Positions 36,053-44,661 of a DNA stretch of 64,000 bases are shown here, in pieces (positions within the stretch are counted from its first letter, which is position 1; the number at the start of each line of letters is the position of its first letter). The notes below the pieces were generated by a model, which saw only the letters and a program-made list of their open reading frames with translations, was not told where the DNA came from and ran no database searches. The position numbers and the translations under genes are program-made. Origin of the DNA: an uncultured bacterium (GTDB lineage: Bacteria > Cyanobacteriota > Vampirovibrionia > Gastranaerophilales > Gastranaerophilaceae); the NCBI GenBank assembly GCA_902783835.1, contig CACZSN010000019.1, positions 25,301 to 89,300 on the forward strand, in the 5' to 3' direction.

Positions 36053-37000
36053 CTATTCTTTGAACGAAATTTCCGCCCAAATGGGCAAATGGTCGCTGCC
36101 GATGTTTTTTCCGAGAGAAAAGTCTCTTACTGCAAATGCTTTGGTTACAAAAATATGGTCAAGAGTAATTCTTAACGGCAAAATCATTGACGCAGACCAT
36201 GTCGGATGAAAAATATTGTTTATATCTTTCATTTTTGAAATTTTTATGAAATTTTTATAGTTGTATGAATAAGCAGTTGTGTTGAAATCGCCTACAATGA
36301 TTACATTATGACCGTTTTCAGCAACGTAATTTGCAAGGTCATTCATTGTCTTTTTTGTGCTTTTAAAACGTTTTTGTGAAGTTGGCGGAGTTGTGTGAAT
36401 GCATATTATTTCAAAAACTTTGCCTTCGTAATCACAAAATGCCGAAATGGCAGGAACCGCAAGTGTTCCAAGGTTTAATTTTCTAATTTGAGTAATGTGT
36501 ATTTTTGAATAAAGAGCAATTCCGAAGTTGTCGTCTCTGCTGATTTCGTAGATAAAAGGATAATTTTCTTTTATAGTCTGTAATTCTTCGCTCCATTTGT
36601 CATCAAGTTCTTCTATGATAATGATATCGGGAGTATTTTCCGTCAATTCTTTTCTGACTGCATCATATTTTTTGTTTGATGTCAAAAGATTTACGGATTC
36701 AATTGTAAATCCTTGCTTTTTCGTTCTGTCATTGAATTTGACACTTCCTAAAACTGAGCAAAGATTTAATACCACGATAAAAATTATCAACAAACTTGTA
36801 ATCGTTTTTCGCTTTTTGATGATGCAATATGCGAGTAAAATCAGTCCGAAAATCAAATATTGCATACGAAATTGCGAACAAATATCAAATAAAAAATTGA
36901 ATTTCGAAAAATAACCTAAAATCGTAAGTAATAAGGTAAAATAAATCAAAAAAGAGCCGTCAATTTTTTTTAATCTTTCAACGATTGCTTTGAAATTCAT
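36053..37000 (-). CDS. Endonuclease/exonuclease/phosphatase (EEP) family membrane protein
   Basis: 315 aa. Three N-terminal TMs followed by an EEP domain with IIIEELD and terminal GSDHLPIWAEI. Confidence 0.75.
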   Translation of the reverse strand: MNFKAIVERLKKIDGSFLIYFTLLLTILGYFSKFNFLFDICSQFRMQYLIFGLILLAYCIIKKRKTITSLLIIFIVVLNLCSVLGSVKFNDRTKKQGFTIESVNLLTSNKKYDAVRKELTENTPDIIIIEELDDKWSEELQTIKENYPFIYEISRDDNFGIALYSKIHITQIRKLNLGTLAVPAISAFCDYEGKVFEIICIHTTPPTSQKRFKSTKKTMNDLANYVAENGHNVIIVGDFNTTAYSYNYKNFIKISKMKDINNIFHPTWSASMILPLRITLDHIFVTKAFAVRDFSLGKNIGSDHLPIWAEISFKE

Positions 37001-37551
37001 TTATTTTTCCTTGCGATAAGGACTCCATCCGGAAGATTTAGAATTTGTGCAGAATAATCATCTCGGTGTGTAATTTCCTCAACAAAAGGTTTTACTGGGT
37101 CTGCATGAGATATAATATCGTCCGCAACTATTATTCCGCCAACTTTTAAAAGAGGATGAATAAGTTCAAAATCTTTGATATATTGAGCTTTATTGGCATC
37201 GATGAATACGAAATCAAAAGTTTCATTTTGTAATTCATTTTCTATTACTGTTAAGGCAGGGCCTAATTTTGCGGTAATAATGTCATCAACACCACACTTT
37301 TTGAAGTTTTCGATTGCAACCGAACGACGTTTGTCCCAATATTCAATCGTAGTAAGCTTTCCGCCTGTTTCTTTTAATGCAAGTGCAATTCTCAATCCCG
37401 AATAACCGTTTGACGTTCCGATTTCCAAGACATTTTGAGCATTTGATACTTTTATCAAAAACTCAATAAAATCGCCGGTTTCTCTTGAAATGTTCCAAAA
37501 ATCGTTTTTTGTTGCTTCTAATTCTCTTAATGTATCTTCAACTATGCTCAT
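36997..37551 (-). CDS. Class I SAM-dependent O-methyltransferase (family 3, caffeoyl-CoA OMT-like)
   Basis: 184 aa. VLEIGTSNGYSGLRIA and FDFVFIDANKAQY. ATGA overlap with the downstream EEP gene. Confidence 0.8.
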   Translation of the reverse strand: MSIVEDTLRELEATKNDFWNISRETGDFIEFLIKVSNAQNVLEIGTSNGYSGLRIALALKETGGKLTTIEYWDKRRSVAIENFKKCGVDDIITAKLGPALTVIENELQNETFDFVFIDANKAQYIKDFELIHPLLKVGGIIVADDIISHADPVKPFVEEITHRDDYSAQILNLPDGVLIARKNK

Positions 37552-37553
37552 TG

Positions 37554-39212
37554 TTATAATGTTTGTTCCAAAATATTGATGTTATTAATTTTATTAATGA
37601 TTGTAAGTGAGTTAATCGGCATATCAAGCGGATAAACACCTACAATTTTTGAGGTATCAAGATTGATAATTGTATATTTTTTGCCGTTTGCATCTGTTAC
37701 TATGGCAAGGTTTGAGTTGTCGATTCTTGTGATTTTTCTCGGGAATGATTCTTCAAGTTTTATTGTTGTCATATATTTCAAAGAATCTGTGTCTAAAACA
37801 TTGATTTCTTTGTCTGCCGAGCAAAGAATAAACAATTTATTTCCGTATAAGAACATATCTGTCGGTTTGTTACCTGTTCTTAATGTTCTTTCTTCCACAG
37901 TTGCCGTGACGGGATCTATACTTTCGTCGACTTTCGTGAAATCCTGAACATTTGTCGGAATGCCCAAAAATTTTCTTGTTCCGTCTGACAATTTCTTCTG
38001 CAAAATTGCACCTTTATCGTCATTTTCTTCACCGTCATTATGGATTTTATTCAAATCAAAATCGTTAATCAAAAGCTTATTTTGGGTTCTTGAGATGGCA
38101 TAAAGTCGGTTTGCATCATCAATAAGCAATTTTGAGATGTTTCCCATTTTTGTTACGGGGATATTTTTATAATCGTCGTCAATTTTGATTATATAAATAT
38201 TGTCTGTATTTTTGTCTGCATAAGCAAGCTGTGAACCGTTATCGGACAAAGTCATCCTGTATGGTGCGGCATCAAGAGAAATTTTTTCCGTAACGCTCAT
38301 ATCGGAAAGATCGATTGCGAAAATAGAACGTCCGTCTGCACTCATAACATAGGCTTTGTTTGTCGCCGCATTTATTTCAACTTCTGAAGGTTGAGCATTG
38401 ATTTCTATACTTTTTGCGATTTGTTCATTTCCGATGTCGGCTACATCAACTTGATTTTTGCCGAAAACAGCCGCAATTAAATATCTTTTGTCAGGTGTAA
38501 CTTTTACGTCTTTCAAAATACCTTTAAGTTTCAAACCGTAAATCGGTTCGGGACGTCCGGGAGAAAAGACTTTCAAGTATTGAGAATCGAAATTTGTTGC
38601 AAGATACATTTTGCCGTCAAGTTCTTTTGGCATTTTGGTTTTCAAAGTTCTTACGTGAGTTTTGACAATTTTTTTACCGTTTTTCTTTGCAACAACTGTT
38701 TTTGTTTGTGCGGGAGTTTTTGCCGCAACTTTTTTATCAGCCTTAATTGAGCGGTCAATTACAGGAATTTCAAGATTTCCGAGCAATCCTTTTAAATTTT
38801 CCGAAACGTAAAGTCCGTTCGGAACAAGCATATCTTGCGGCAAAATACCTGATTGAATAACATCAGGCAAATCCTGATATGACGTTAAAGTTTTTCTGTT
38901 ACCGTCTTTCAAAACTTTTAAAAGAGAAAATCCGTTGTTGAAAACTATAATTTCCGGTTCATCTTTTAATGTTTTTTCGCTCGGATAAGTCCAAACGATT
39001 TCGAGTCTTTGAACTTCTTTTATTTCTTCGGGCAAAACGGGAATGTAAGTTGTGCCGTTTTTAAAGTTTATTAAGCCGTCAAATCTTACCGTGCAATCTC
39101 TTGCATTGTCGAACAAATAGATATTCATCTGATGCGGTAGCATTATTGCTTCTGCCGGTGTTCCGCAAGAAAGCATAAGTGATACGAGTATTGCAGGTAA
39201 AATCTTTTTCAT
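37554..39212 (-). CDS. Probable lipoprotein with YncE/YVTN-like beta-propeller repeats
   Basis: 552 aa. Signal sequence with a lipobox-like SLMLSCG. Repeated segments of the type VTPDKRYLIAAVFGKNQVDVADI, NKAYVMSADGRSIFAIDLS and GSQLAYADKNTDNIYIIKI. Confidence 0.55.
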   Translation of the reverse strand: MKKILPAILVSLMLSCGTPAEAIMLPHQMNIYLFDNARDCTVRFDGLINFKNGTTYIPVLPEEIKEVQRLEIVWTYPSEKTLKDEPEIIVFNNGFSLLKVLKDGNRKTLTSYQDLPDVIQSGILPQDMLVPNGLYVSENLKGLLGNLEIPVIDRSIKADKKVAAKTPAQTKTVVAKKNGKKIVKTHVRTLKTKMPKELDGKMYLATNFDSQYLKVFSPGRPEPIYGLKLKGILKDVKVTPDKRYLIAAVFGKNQVDVADIGNEQIAKSIEINAQPSEVEINAATNKAYVMSADGRSIFAIDLSDMSVTEKISLDAAPYRMTLSDNGSQLAYADKNTDNIYIIKIDDDYKNIPVTKMGNISKLLIDDANRLYAISRTQNKLLINDFDLNKIHNDGEENDDKGAILQKKLSDGTRKFLGIPTNVQDFTKVDESIDPVTATVEERTLRTGNKPTDMFLYGNKLFILCSADKEINVLDTDSLKYMTTIKLEESFPRKITRIDNSNLAIVTDANGKKYTIINLDTSKIVGVYPLDMPINSLTIINKINNINILEQTL

Positions 39213-39224
39213 TTTTTATTCCTA

Positions 39225-40340
39225 TTATTTATTAAAGGCATTTTTTACTTTATCGAGAATTTTCTCTTGAGGTTTTTTGCCTTTTGAAAGTTCAAAAAGT
39301 TTTGTATAAAGTATCTTTTCTTCCTCTGACATAGATTTTGGCGGAGCAAGTTTTACGACAACGTGATGGTCACCTCTGCGGTTTGTTCCGATGAAAGGAA
39401 CACCTTCACCCTTTATGGTAATTATTTTATCATGTTCTGTTCCTTGTGGCACGGTTATTAATTTTTCTCCGTCCAAAGTTTTGACTGTAACCTTGTCTCC
39501 GAGGGCAGATTGAGGGAATGAGATATTTAAAATTGTGTAAATATCGTTACCTTTTCTGATAAAATGGTCATCTTCTTTTACTAAAATTACGACATACAAA
39601 TCGCCTGCCGGGCCGCCATTTTTGCCTGCATCGCCTTCTCCCGAAACTCTGATTTTTGTTCCGTTATCAACACCTGCAGGAATTTTAACTTTGATTTTCT
39701 TTTTAACTTCTTGCGTACCGTTTCCGTGACAATCAGGACAAGATTCCGCATAAATTTTGCCTTTGCCGTGACATTTAGGGCAGGTTGAAATTTGGCTGAA
39801 GTTGCCGAGAAGTGTTTGTTGAACCTGTTGAACTTTTCCCGTTCCTCCGCAAGTTTGGCAGGTTGTCGGTTGAGTACCTGCTTTTCCGCCTGTTCCGTTG
39901 CAGGTTTTACAAGTTTCTTCGTGAGAAATGTGGAGTTCTTTTTCAACACCAAAAATTGCTTCTTTGAAATCCAACTGAATGTTAATTCTTAAATCGTCGC
40001 CACGTCTTGGGGCATCAGGGTTTTCGTATCTTCTTGAAAATCCGCCGCCAAAGAACGCTTCAAAGATGTCGTTCAGTCCGCCGAAACCGCCTTCAAACGG
40101 GCCTGCATTGCTATATCCGGCATTTGATAATCCTTCTTCACCGTATCGGTCATATAATGCACGTTTGTCGTCATCTGAAAGGGTTTCGTATGCTTTTCCC
40201 AATTCTTTGAATTTTTCTTCCGCATCGGGTGCTTTGTTCACGTCGGGGTGGAGTTCTCTTGCTTTCTTTCTGAATGCGGATTTGATTTCGTCTTTGCCCG
40301 CATCTCGACTCACCCCTAATATTTCATAGTAATCAGCCAT
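39225..40340 (-). CDS. dnaJ: Molecular chaperone DnaJ
   Basis: 371 aa. J domain DYYEILGV...HPD, a G/F-rich region, and four CxxCxGxG repeats. Confidence 0.95.
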   Translation of the reverse strand: MADYYEILGVSRDAGKDEIKSAFRKKARELHPDVNKAPDAEEKFKELGKAYETLSDDDKRALYDRYGEEGLSNAGYSNAGPFEGGFGGLNDIFEAFFGGGFSRRYENPDAPRRGDDLRINIQLDFKEAIFGVEKELHISHEETCKTCNGTGGKAGTQPTTCQTCGGTGKVQQVQQTLLGNFSQISTCPKCHGKGKIYAESCPDCHGNGTQEVKKKIKVKIPAGVDNGTKIRVSGEGDAGKNGGPAGDLYVVILVKEDDHFIRKGNDIYTILNISFPQSALGDKVTVKTLDGEKLITVPQGTEHDKIITIKGEGVPFIGTNRRGDHHVVVKLAPPKSMSEEEKILYTKLFELSKGKKPQEKILDKVKNAFNK

Positions 40341-40344
40341 TGTT

Positions 40345-41004
40345 TCACTTACCTACTGCTACACTCACCATTGAGGCTCTCAAGACTTTGTCTCCGAATT
40401 TGTATCCTTTTTGCATTTCTTGCATAACTGTTTCTTCGGGGTGTTCGTCCGTCGGAACTTGCATTACGGCTTCGTGGAGATTCGGGTCAAATTTTTCGCC
40501 CTCTGTTTTAATTTGTTCCAAGCCTAATTTTGTGAGTGCATCTCTAAACTGTTTGTTCAAAATGTTGAAGGATTCTTTTGCTTTTTCGCAATCGTCAATT
40601 TTTTCCATTGCTTTTTCCGCACGGTCGAAATTGTCCGCAAGTTCAATCATTTTCTTCAAGGCTTGTTCTGTGCCAAACTTGATGAGATTTTCCCGTTCAG
40701 ATTCTTGTCTTTTTCTGTAATTATCAAAATCAGCAGCAAGTCTCAAATATTGGTTATTGAGCGTCTCATACGCTTCTTTTGTCTTTTTTAATTCTTCTTC
40801 TGATTTGTTTCCGAAAAGTCCGCCCAAAATGCCTTTCTTTTCTTGTGTTTCTTCTGTTTTTTCTTCGTTAGCAGTTTCTTCTGCTGTTTCTTTTTCTTCT
40901 GTTTCTACCGCATCATCAACACTTACGGTGTTTTCCGTTTCTTCTGTTGCAAACGGATTAGATGATTTTTTTTGTTCTTCATGATTTTTATGATGTTTTG
41001 ACAT
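40345..41004 (-). CDS. grpE: Nucleotide exchange factor GrpE
   Basis: 219 aa. Acidic N-terminus, [12 protein letters not shown], and C-terminal [14 protein letters not shown]. Confidence 0.9.
   Translation of the reverse strand: MSKHHKNHEEQKKSSNPFATEETENTVSVDDAVETEEKETAEETANEEKTEETQEKKGILGGLFGNKSEEELKKTKEAYETLNNQYLRLAADFDNYRKRQESERENLIKFGTEQALKKMIELADNFDRAEKAMEKIDDCEKAKESFNILNKQFRDALTKLGLEQIKTEGEKFDPNLHEAVMQVPTDEHPEETVMQEMQKGYKFGDKVLRASMVSVAVGK
40918..40932. repeat. AACAC-N5-GTGTT palindrome copy inside grpE
   Basis: The + strand reads AACAC-TTACG-GTGTT. In the grpE frame (minus strand) it reads AAC ACC GTA AGT GTT = N25-T-V-S-V29. Confidence 0.8.
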
Positions 41005-41128
41005 AAATTTACCCTTTTTTAATTATTATAGTTAAAAACAAACTATTCTCAAACCTTTTTAATAATTTTTTAACTTTTGAGATACAAATTTTTAGAAAAA
41101 TGTTATTATAGACATATAGAGGTTAAAA

Positions 41129-42148
41129 ATGGCTAAAATCAGACGGTTTAACATTTCACATTTTAAAAAAGTTCAAAAGATGGTTTCATCGATTTCGCCC
41201 GATGAAAAAATTTCTTATAGTGGTACGATTTTAGGTGGATTGTTGGATATTTTTCAAGATTTTATGCCGCTTGCTCTTCGAAAATCTCCTGAATCTTACA
41301 TTGTTATTAATGAAAATAATGATGTTAAGGCATTCATCACGATTGAGGTTACGAAAGGGAATAAGCACAAATGGTTTGTTAAGCAGTTATTTCTTGATAA
41401 AAATTCTTTTGATGAAGGAAAACAGTTGATTGGCTATGTTGTGGCGAAATATGGGGCATTGGGGGCTGATACGTTTTGCGTTTTGATTGACGAAAATGAC
41501 GAGACGTCGGCGGAACTTTTCTCGAAACGGTGCGGTTTCAGACTTTGTTCTCGGGAAGTAGTTTGGCATGCTTCGGATATTGATTTGAATTCGACGTATA
41601 AATGGGCTGATTTTTGCAAGTTGAGTAATTTTGAGGCGAAAAAGGTTGCAGATTTTTATAATGATGCAATTTTGCCCCATTTCAGATTTTCATTAGAACA
41701 GGATATTGATGAATTTAAGTCTCCGATTTTGAAAAATCCATTCAAAAAATATTCTCAAAAATTTGTCCTCAAAAACAATGATAAAAGTATTCTTGCCTAT
41801 CTTGAGTACCATTTTGTTAACCCGACGGATTTTTTGATTGATTTGGTAGTGACAAAACCTTTTGAAAACGAGTATTTGCCGATTTTGAAAGCGGTAATTT
41901 CTCATTTGAAGGAAATTGTCCCGAATGGAAACATTTTTGTGCTAAACAGAAATTATATGACAAGTGCAAAATCCTTTGAGGACGTGCTTTATGGTTGTGG
42001 ATTTGAAAAAACACAAATTAAAATGCTCCTCGTAAAAGATTTTTATAAACCTTTGAAAACAGAAGAACCGATTGTAAATCCGGCAGTTATTTTTAATGAA
42101 ATTACCCCTGCTTTTATGCTCGGTAACAGATTGCAAAAATCTGATTAA
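41129..42148 (+). CDS. Hypothetical protein with two GNAT-like halves (tentative)
   Basis: 339 aa. The segments GKQLIGYVVAKYGALGADTFCVLIDENDETSAELFSKRCGFR and LPILKAVISHLKEIVPNGNIFVLNRNYMTSAKSFEDVLYGCGFE resemble GNAT beta4-alpha3 and C-terminal regions. Confidence 0.4.
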   Translation: MAKIRRFNISHFKKVQKMVSSISPDEKISYSGTILGGLLDIFQDFMPLALRKSPESYIVINENNDVKAFITIEVTKGNKHKWFVKQLFLDKNSFDEGKQLIGYVVAKYGALGADTFCVLIDENDETSAELFSKRCGFRLCSREVVWHASDIDLNSTYKWADFCKLSNFEAKKVADFYNDAILPHFRFSLEQDIDEFKSPILKNPFKKYSQKFVLKNNDKSILAYLEYHFVNPTDFLIDLVVTKPFENEYLPILKAVISHLKEIVPNGNIFVLNRNYMTSAKSFEDVLYGCGFEKTQIKMLLVKDFYKPLKTEEPIVNPAVIFNEITPAFMLGNRLQKSD

Positions 42149-42164
42149 ATACTATAATTTTCTT

Positions 42165-43298
42165 ATGATTGATATTAAAAAAGCAAAAAGAATAGTTTTT
42201 AAGTTCGGGACGAACGTCTTAAGAGGCGATGACGGCTCGATTTCGCTCTCTCGTATTTACTCGTTTATTGAAGATATTTCAAAACTTCATAAACAAGGAA
42301 AAGAAATTATTATCGTAACTTCAGGTGCTGTAGGACTTGGGGCGAATAAAGTTAATGTTGATACAACCGGCGATGTTATTTTGAAACAGGCTTGTGCTGC
42401 AATCGGGCAAACGACTTTGATGTCGATTTATGAACACGGTTTCGACAAGTATAAAATCACCTGTGCTCAAATCCTTTTGACGGAAGAAGATTTTACTCAA
42501 CGTGTTAAATATTTGAGTCTTAGCAACGTTTTGAACAGACTTTTGGAACTCAAAATTATTCCGATTATCAACCAAAATGACACGGTTTCGACGACTGAAC
42601 TTGAAGAAGCTCGTGGCGTTCTTGAAGTTTGTTTTTCGGATAATGATAAGTTGTCAGCCCTTGTGGCAAGTAAACTTGAGGCGGATTTGCTTGTTATAAT
42701 GTCTGATATTGACGGACTTTTTGACGACAATCCGAAGGAAAATCCGAACGCAAAAAGAATTCCTCTTGTTGAAGAAGTCACTCCCGAAATCGAAAGTATG
42801 GGGCAAGAAGCGTCAAAAGGCGGTCGCGGCGGTATGAAAACAAAACTTGAAGCCGCTAAGGTTGTCACTCGTTCGGGCGGTCACGTTATTATCGCAAACG
42901 GCAAAACCCCGAACATTGTTACAAAAATCTTCAAAGAGGACGACATTGGAACGATTTTCTTGCCGACAGAAAAATTGTCAGGTAAAAAACGCTGGGTTGG
43001 CTATGCTACAAGCATTTCTGGCAAAGTTAAAGTTAATGCCGGTGCGAAAAAAGCACTTATTGAAAAGGATGCAAGCCTTTTATCTATCGGTGTTTTGGAC
43101 ATTGAAGGTGAATTCCAAAAGGGTGATGTTGTTACTATTCTTGATGAAAACGGTAATGAATTTGCAAAAGGAATGGTAAATTACGGAAGTTTTGATTGCC
43201 GAAAAATTATTGGTGTTCACTCTGATGAAATCGCTAAAATTTTGGGCCATAAAAATTATGACGCAATTATTACCCGTGATAATATTGTAATTTTATAG
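42165..43298 (+). CDS. proB: Glutamate 5-kinase with C-terminal PUA domain
   Basis: Start at the ATG at 42165 (MIDIKKAKRIVFKFGTN...). IIVTSGAVGLG and NDTVST motifs. PUA-like tail VKVNAGAKKAL...GDVV. Confidence 0.9.
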   Translation: MIDIKKAKRIVFKFGTNVLRGDDGSISLSRIYSFIEDISKLHKQGKEIIIVTSGAVGLGANKVNVDTTGDVILKQACAAIGQTTLMSIYEHGFDKYKITCAQILLTEEDFTQRVKYLSLSNVLNRLLELKIIPIINQNDTVSTTELEEARGVLEVCFSDNDKLSALVASKLEADLLVIMSDIDGLFDDNPKENPNAKRIPLVEEVTPEIESMGQEASKGGRGGMKTKLEAAKVVTRSGGHVIIANGKTPNIVTKIFKEDDIGTIFLPTEKLSGKKRWVGYATSISGKVKVNAGAKKALIEKDASLLSIGVLDIEGEFQKGDVVTILDENGNEFAKGMVNYGSFDCRKIIGVHSDEIAKILGHKNYDAIITRDNIVIL

Positions 43299-43306
43299 GA
43301 AATTTT

Positions 43307-44599
43307 ATGTCAGATATAAAAACAGTTGCAAAAAATGCAAAAAATGCTTCAATCATACTCTCATCATTGTCCTGCGAAATCAAAAATGCGGCTCTGAAAA
43401 ATATTGCCGATGCTTTGAAAAAAAACACTAATAGTGTTATTGAGGCAAACGAAAAGGATTTGACGGCTGCTAAAGTTGCTGTCGATGAAGGAAAATTGTC
43501 AAAATCAGTTTTTAATCGTTTGAAGGCTGATGAAAATAAGATAAATTCAATGATTGACGGGATTTATGACGTTATGAAACTTGACGACCCTGTCAACAAA
43601 GTTGAGTTCACAAGAGAACTTGCTGACGGTTTGATTTTGAAAAAAGTTACCTGTCCGATTGGAGTTATCGGTGTTATTTTTGAAGCAAGACCTGATGTTT
43701 TGGCTCAAATTTCAGCACTTGCAATAAAATCAGGTAATGCGGTGCTTTTAAAAGGCGGAAAAGAAACAGTTAACACAAATAGTGTTATTTATAAAATTAT
43801 TGTTGATGCTCTCGATAAAACGGAAGGTTTCCCGAAAAACGTTATCAATTTGTTGTTTTCTCACGAAGATGTTGCTCAAATGCTTTCGGAAGATAAATCA
43901 ATAGATTTGATTATTCCGAGAGGCTCAAACAAACTTGTTAAATACATTCAAGAAAATACAAAAATTCCTGTTTTGGGTCATGCAAGCGGAATTTGTCATA
44001 TTTACGCAGATGAGACTGCTGATTTTGATAAAGCGTTGACGGTTATTGAAGATTCAAAATGCCAGTATCCTGCGGCTTGTAACTCTGTTGAGACAGTTTT
44101 GGTGAACAAAAATATCGCCGAAAAATTCTTGCCGTTATTTGTGTCAAAGATGACCGAAGTCGGTGTTATTGTTAACGGTGACGAGGAAGCAAGAAATATC
44201 GTTGACGGTCTTGGTGAAGTTCAAGAGTGGGCACACGAGTATGGAGAAAAAGAATTGTCCGTGAAAATTGTTTCTTCTGTGGAAGAAGCAGTTGACCACA
44301 TCAATGAATTTGGATCAGGTCATACCGATTGTATTGTAAGCGAAAACACTAATAGTGTTAATTATTTTATGGCTCGTGTTGACTCGGCAGGTGTTTATCA
44401 CAATGCTTCGACGAGATTTGCTGACGGTTACAGATACGGTTTCGGTGCAGAGGTCGGAATTTCAACAAACAAAACTCACGCAAGAGGCCCTGTCGGACTT
44501 GAAGGTTTGACAATTTACAAGTATCAACTTGAAGGTCATGGCGATATCGTTTCTGATTTTTGCTCAGGAAAAAGAAAATTCACGCATAAAAACATTTAA
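43307..44599 (+). CDS. proA: Glutamate-5-semialdehyde dehydrogenase
   Basis: 430 aa. PIGVIGVIFEARPDV, GNAVLLKGGKE, IPRGS, CNSVETVLV, HNASTRFADGYRYGFGAEVGIST. Confidence 0.9.
   Translation: MSDIKTVAKNAKNASIILSSLSCEIKNAALKNIADALKKNTNSVIEANEKDLTAAKVAVDEGKLSKSVFNRLKADENKINSMIDGIYDVMKLDDPVNKVEFTRELADGLILKKVTCPIGVIGVIFEARPDVLAQISALAIKSGNAVLLKGGKETVNTNSVIYKIIVDALDKTEGFPKNVINLLFSHEDVAQMLSEDKSIDLIIPRGSNKLVKYIQENTKIPVLGHASGICHIYADETADFDKALTVIEDSKCQYPAACNSVETVLVNKNIAEKFLPLFVSKMTEVGVIVNGDEEARNIVDGLGEVQEWAHEYGEKELSVKIVSSVEEAVDHINEFGSGHTDCIVSENTNSVNYFMARVDSAGVYHNASTRFADGYRYGFGAEVGISTNKTHARGPVGLEGLTIYKYQLEGHGDIVSDFCSGKRKFTHKNI
43424..43438. repeat. Palindrome AACAC-TAATA-GTGTT, intragenic copy 1 (proA codons 40-44, NTNSV)
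   Basis: Read directly from the sequence. In frame with proA ((43424-43307) is divisible by 3). Confidence 0.9.
43771..43787. repeat. Palindrome TAACAC-AAATA-GTGTTA, intragenic copy 2 (proA NTNSV)
   Basis: Read directly from the sequence. The AAC at 43772 is in frame with proA. Confidence 0.9.
44345..44359. repeat. Palindrome AACAC-TAATA-GTGTT, intragenic copy 3 (proA NTNSV)
   Basis: Read directly from the sequence. The AAC at 44345 is in frame with proA. The 15-mer is identical to copy 1. Confidence 0.9.
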
Positions 44600-44619
44600 C
44601 ACAAATAGTGTTAAATGTT
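44591..44619 (+). terminator. Extended copy of the same palindrome spanning the proA stop codon (terminator-like hairpin)
   Basis: 12-bp stem AACATTTAACAC/GTGTTAAATGTT with loop AAATA, followed by TTT. The stem is AT-rich and the T-run is short. Confidence 0.45.
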
Positions 44620-44642
44620 TTGAAAGTATTTATTAATGCCTG

Positions 44643-44661
44643 ATAACACGAATAGTGTTAT
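44643..44661. repeat. Palindrome ATAACAC-GAATA-GTGTTAT spanning the queA stop codon
   Basis: 7-bp stem. No T-run on the queA (minus) side, so it is not a clear intrinsic terminator. Confidence 0.8.

Noticed and set aside
41005-41128. A CIRCE/HrcA operator upstream of grpE.
   Set aside because: The consensus TTAGCACTC-N9-GAGTGCTAA, or a close variant, is not present in this spacer.
43424-44661. AACAC-N5-GTGTT as a restriction-modification recognition site, given its superficial resemblance to bipartite Type I sites such as AAC-N6-GTGC.
   Set aside because: There are no R-M genes in the window. R-M target palindromes are usually avoided rather than enriched. The conserved asymmetric loop (nAATA) would not be expected for an N5 spacer. 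Methylation data are still suggested as a check.
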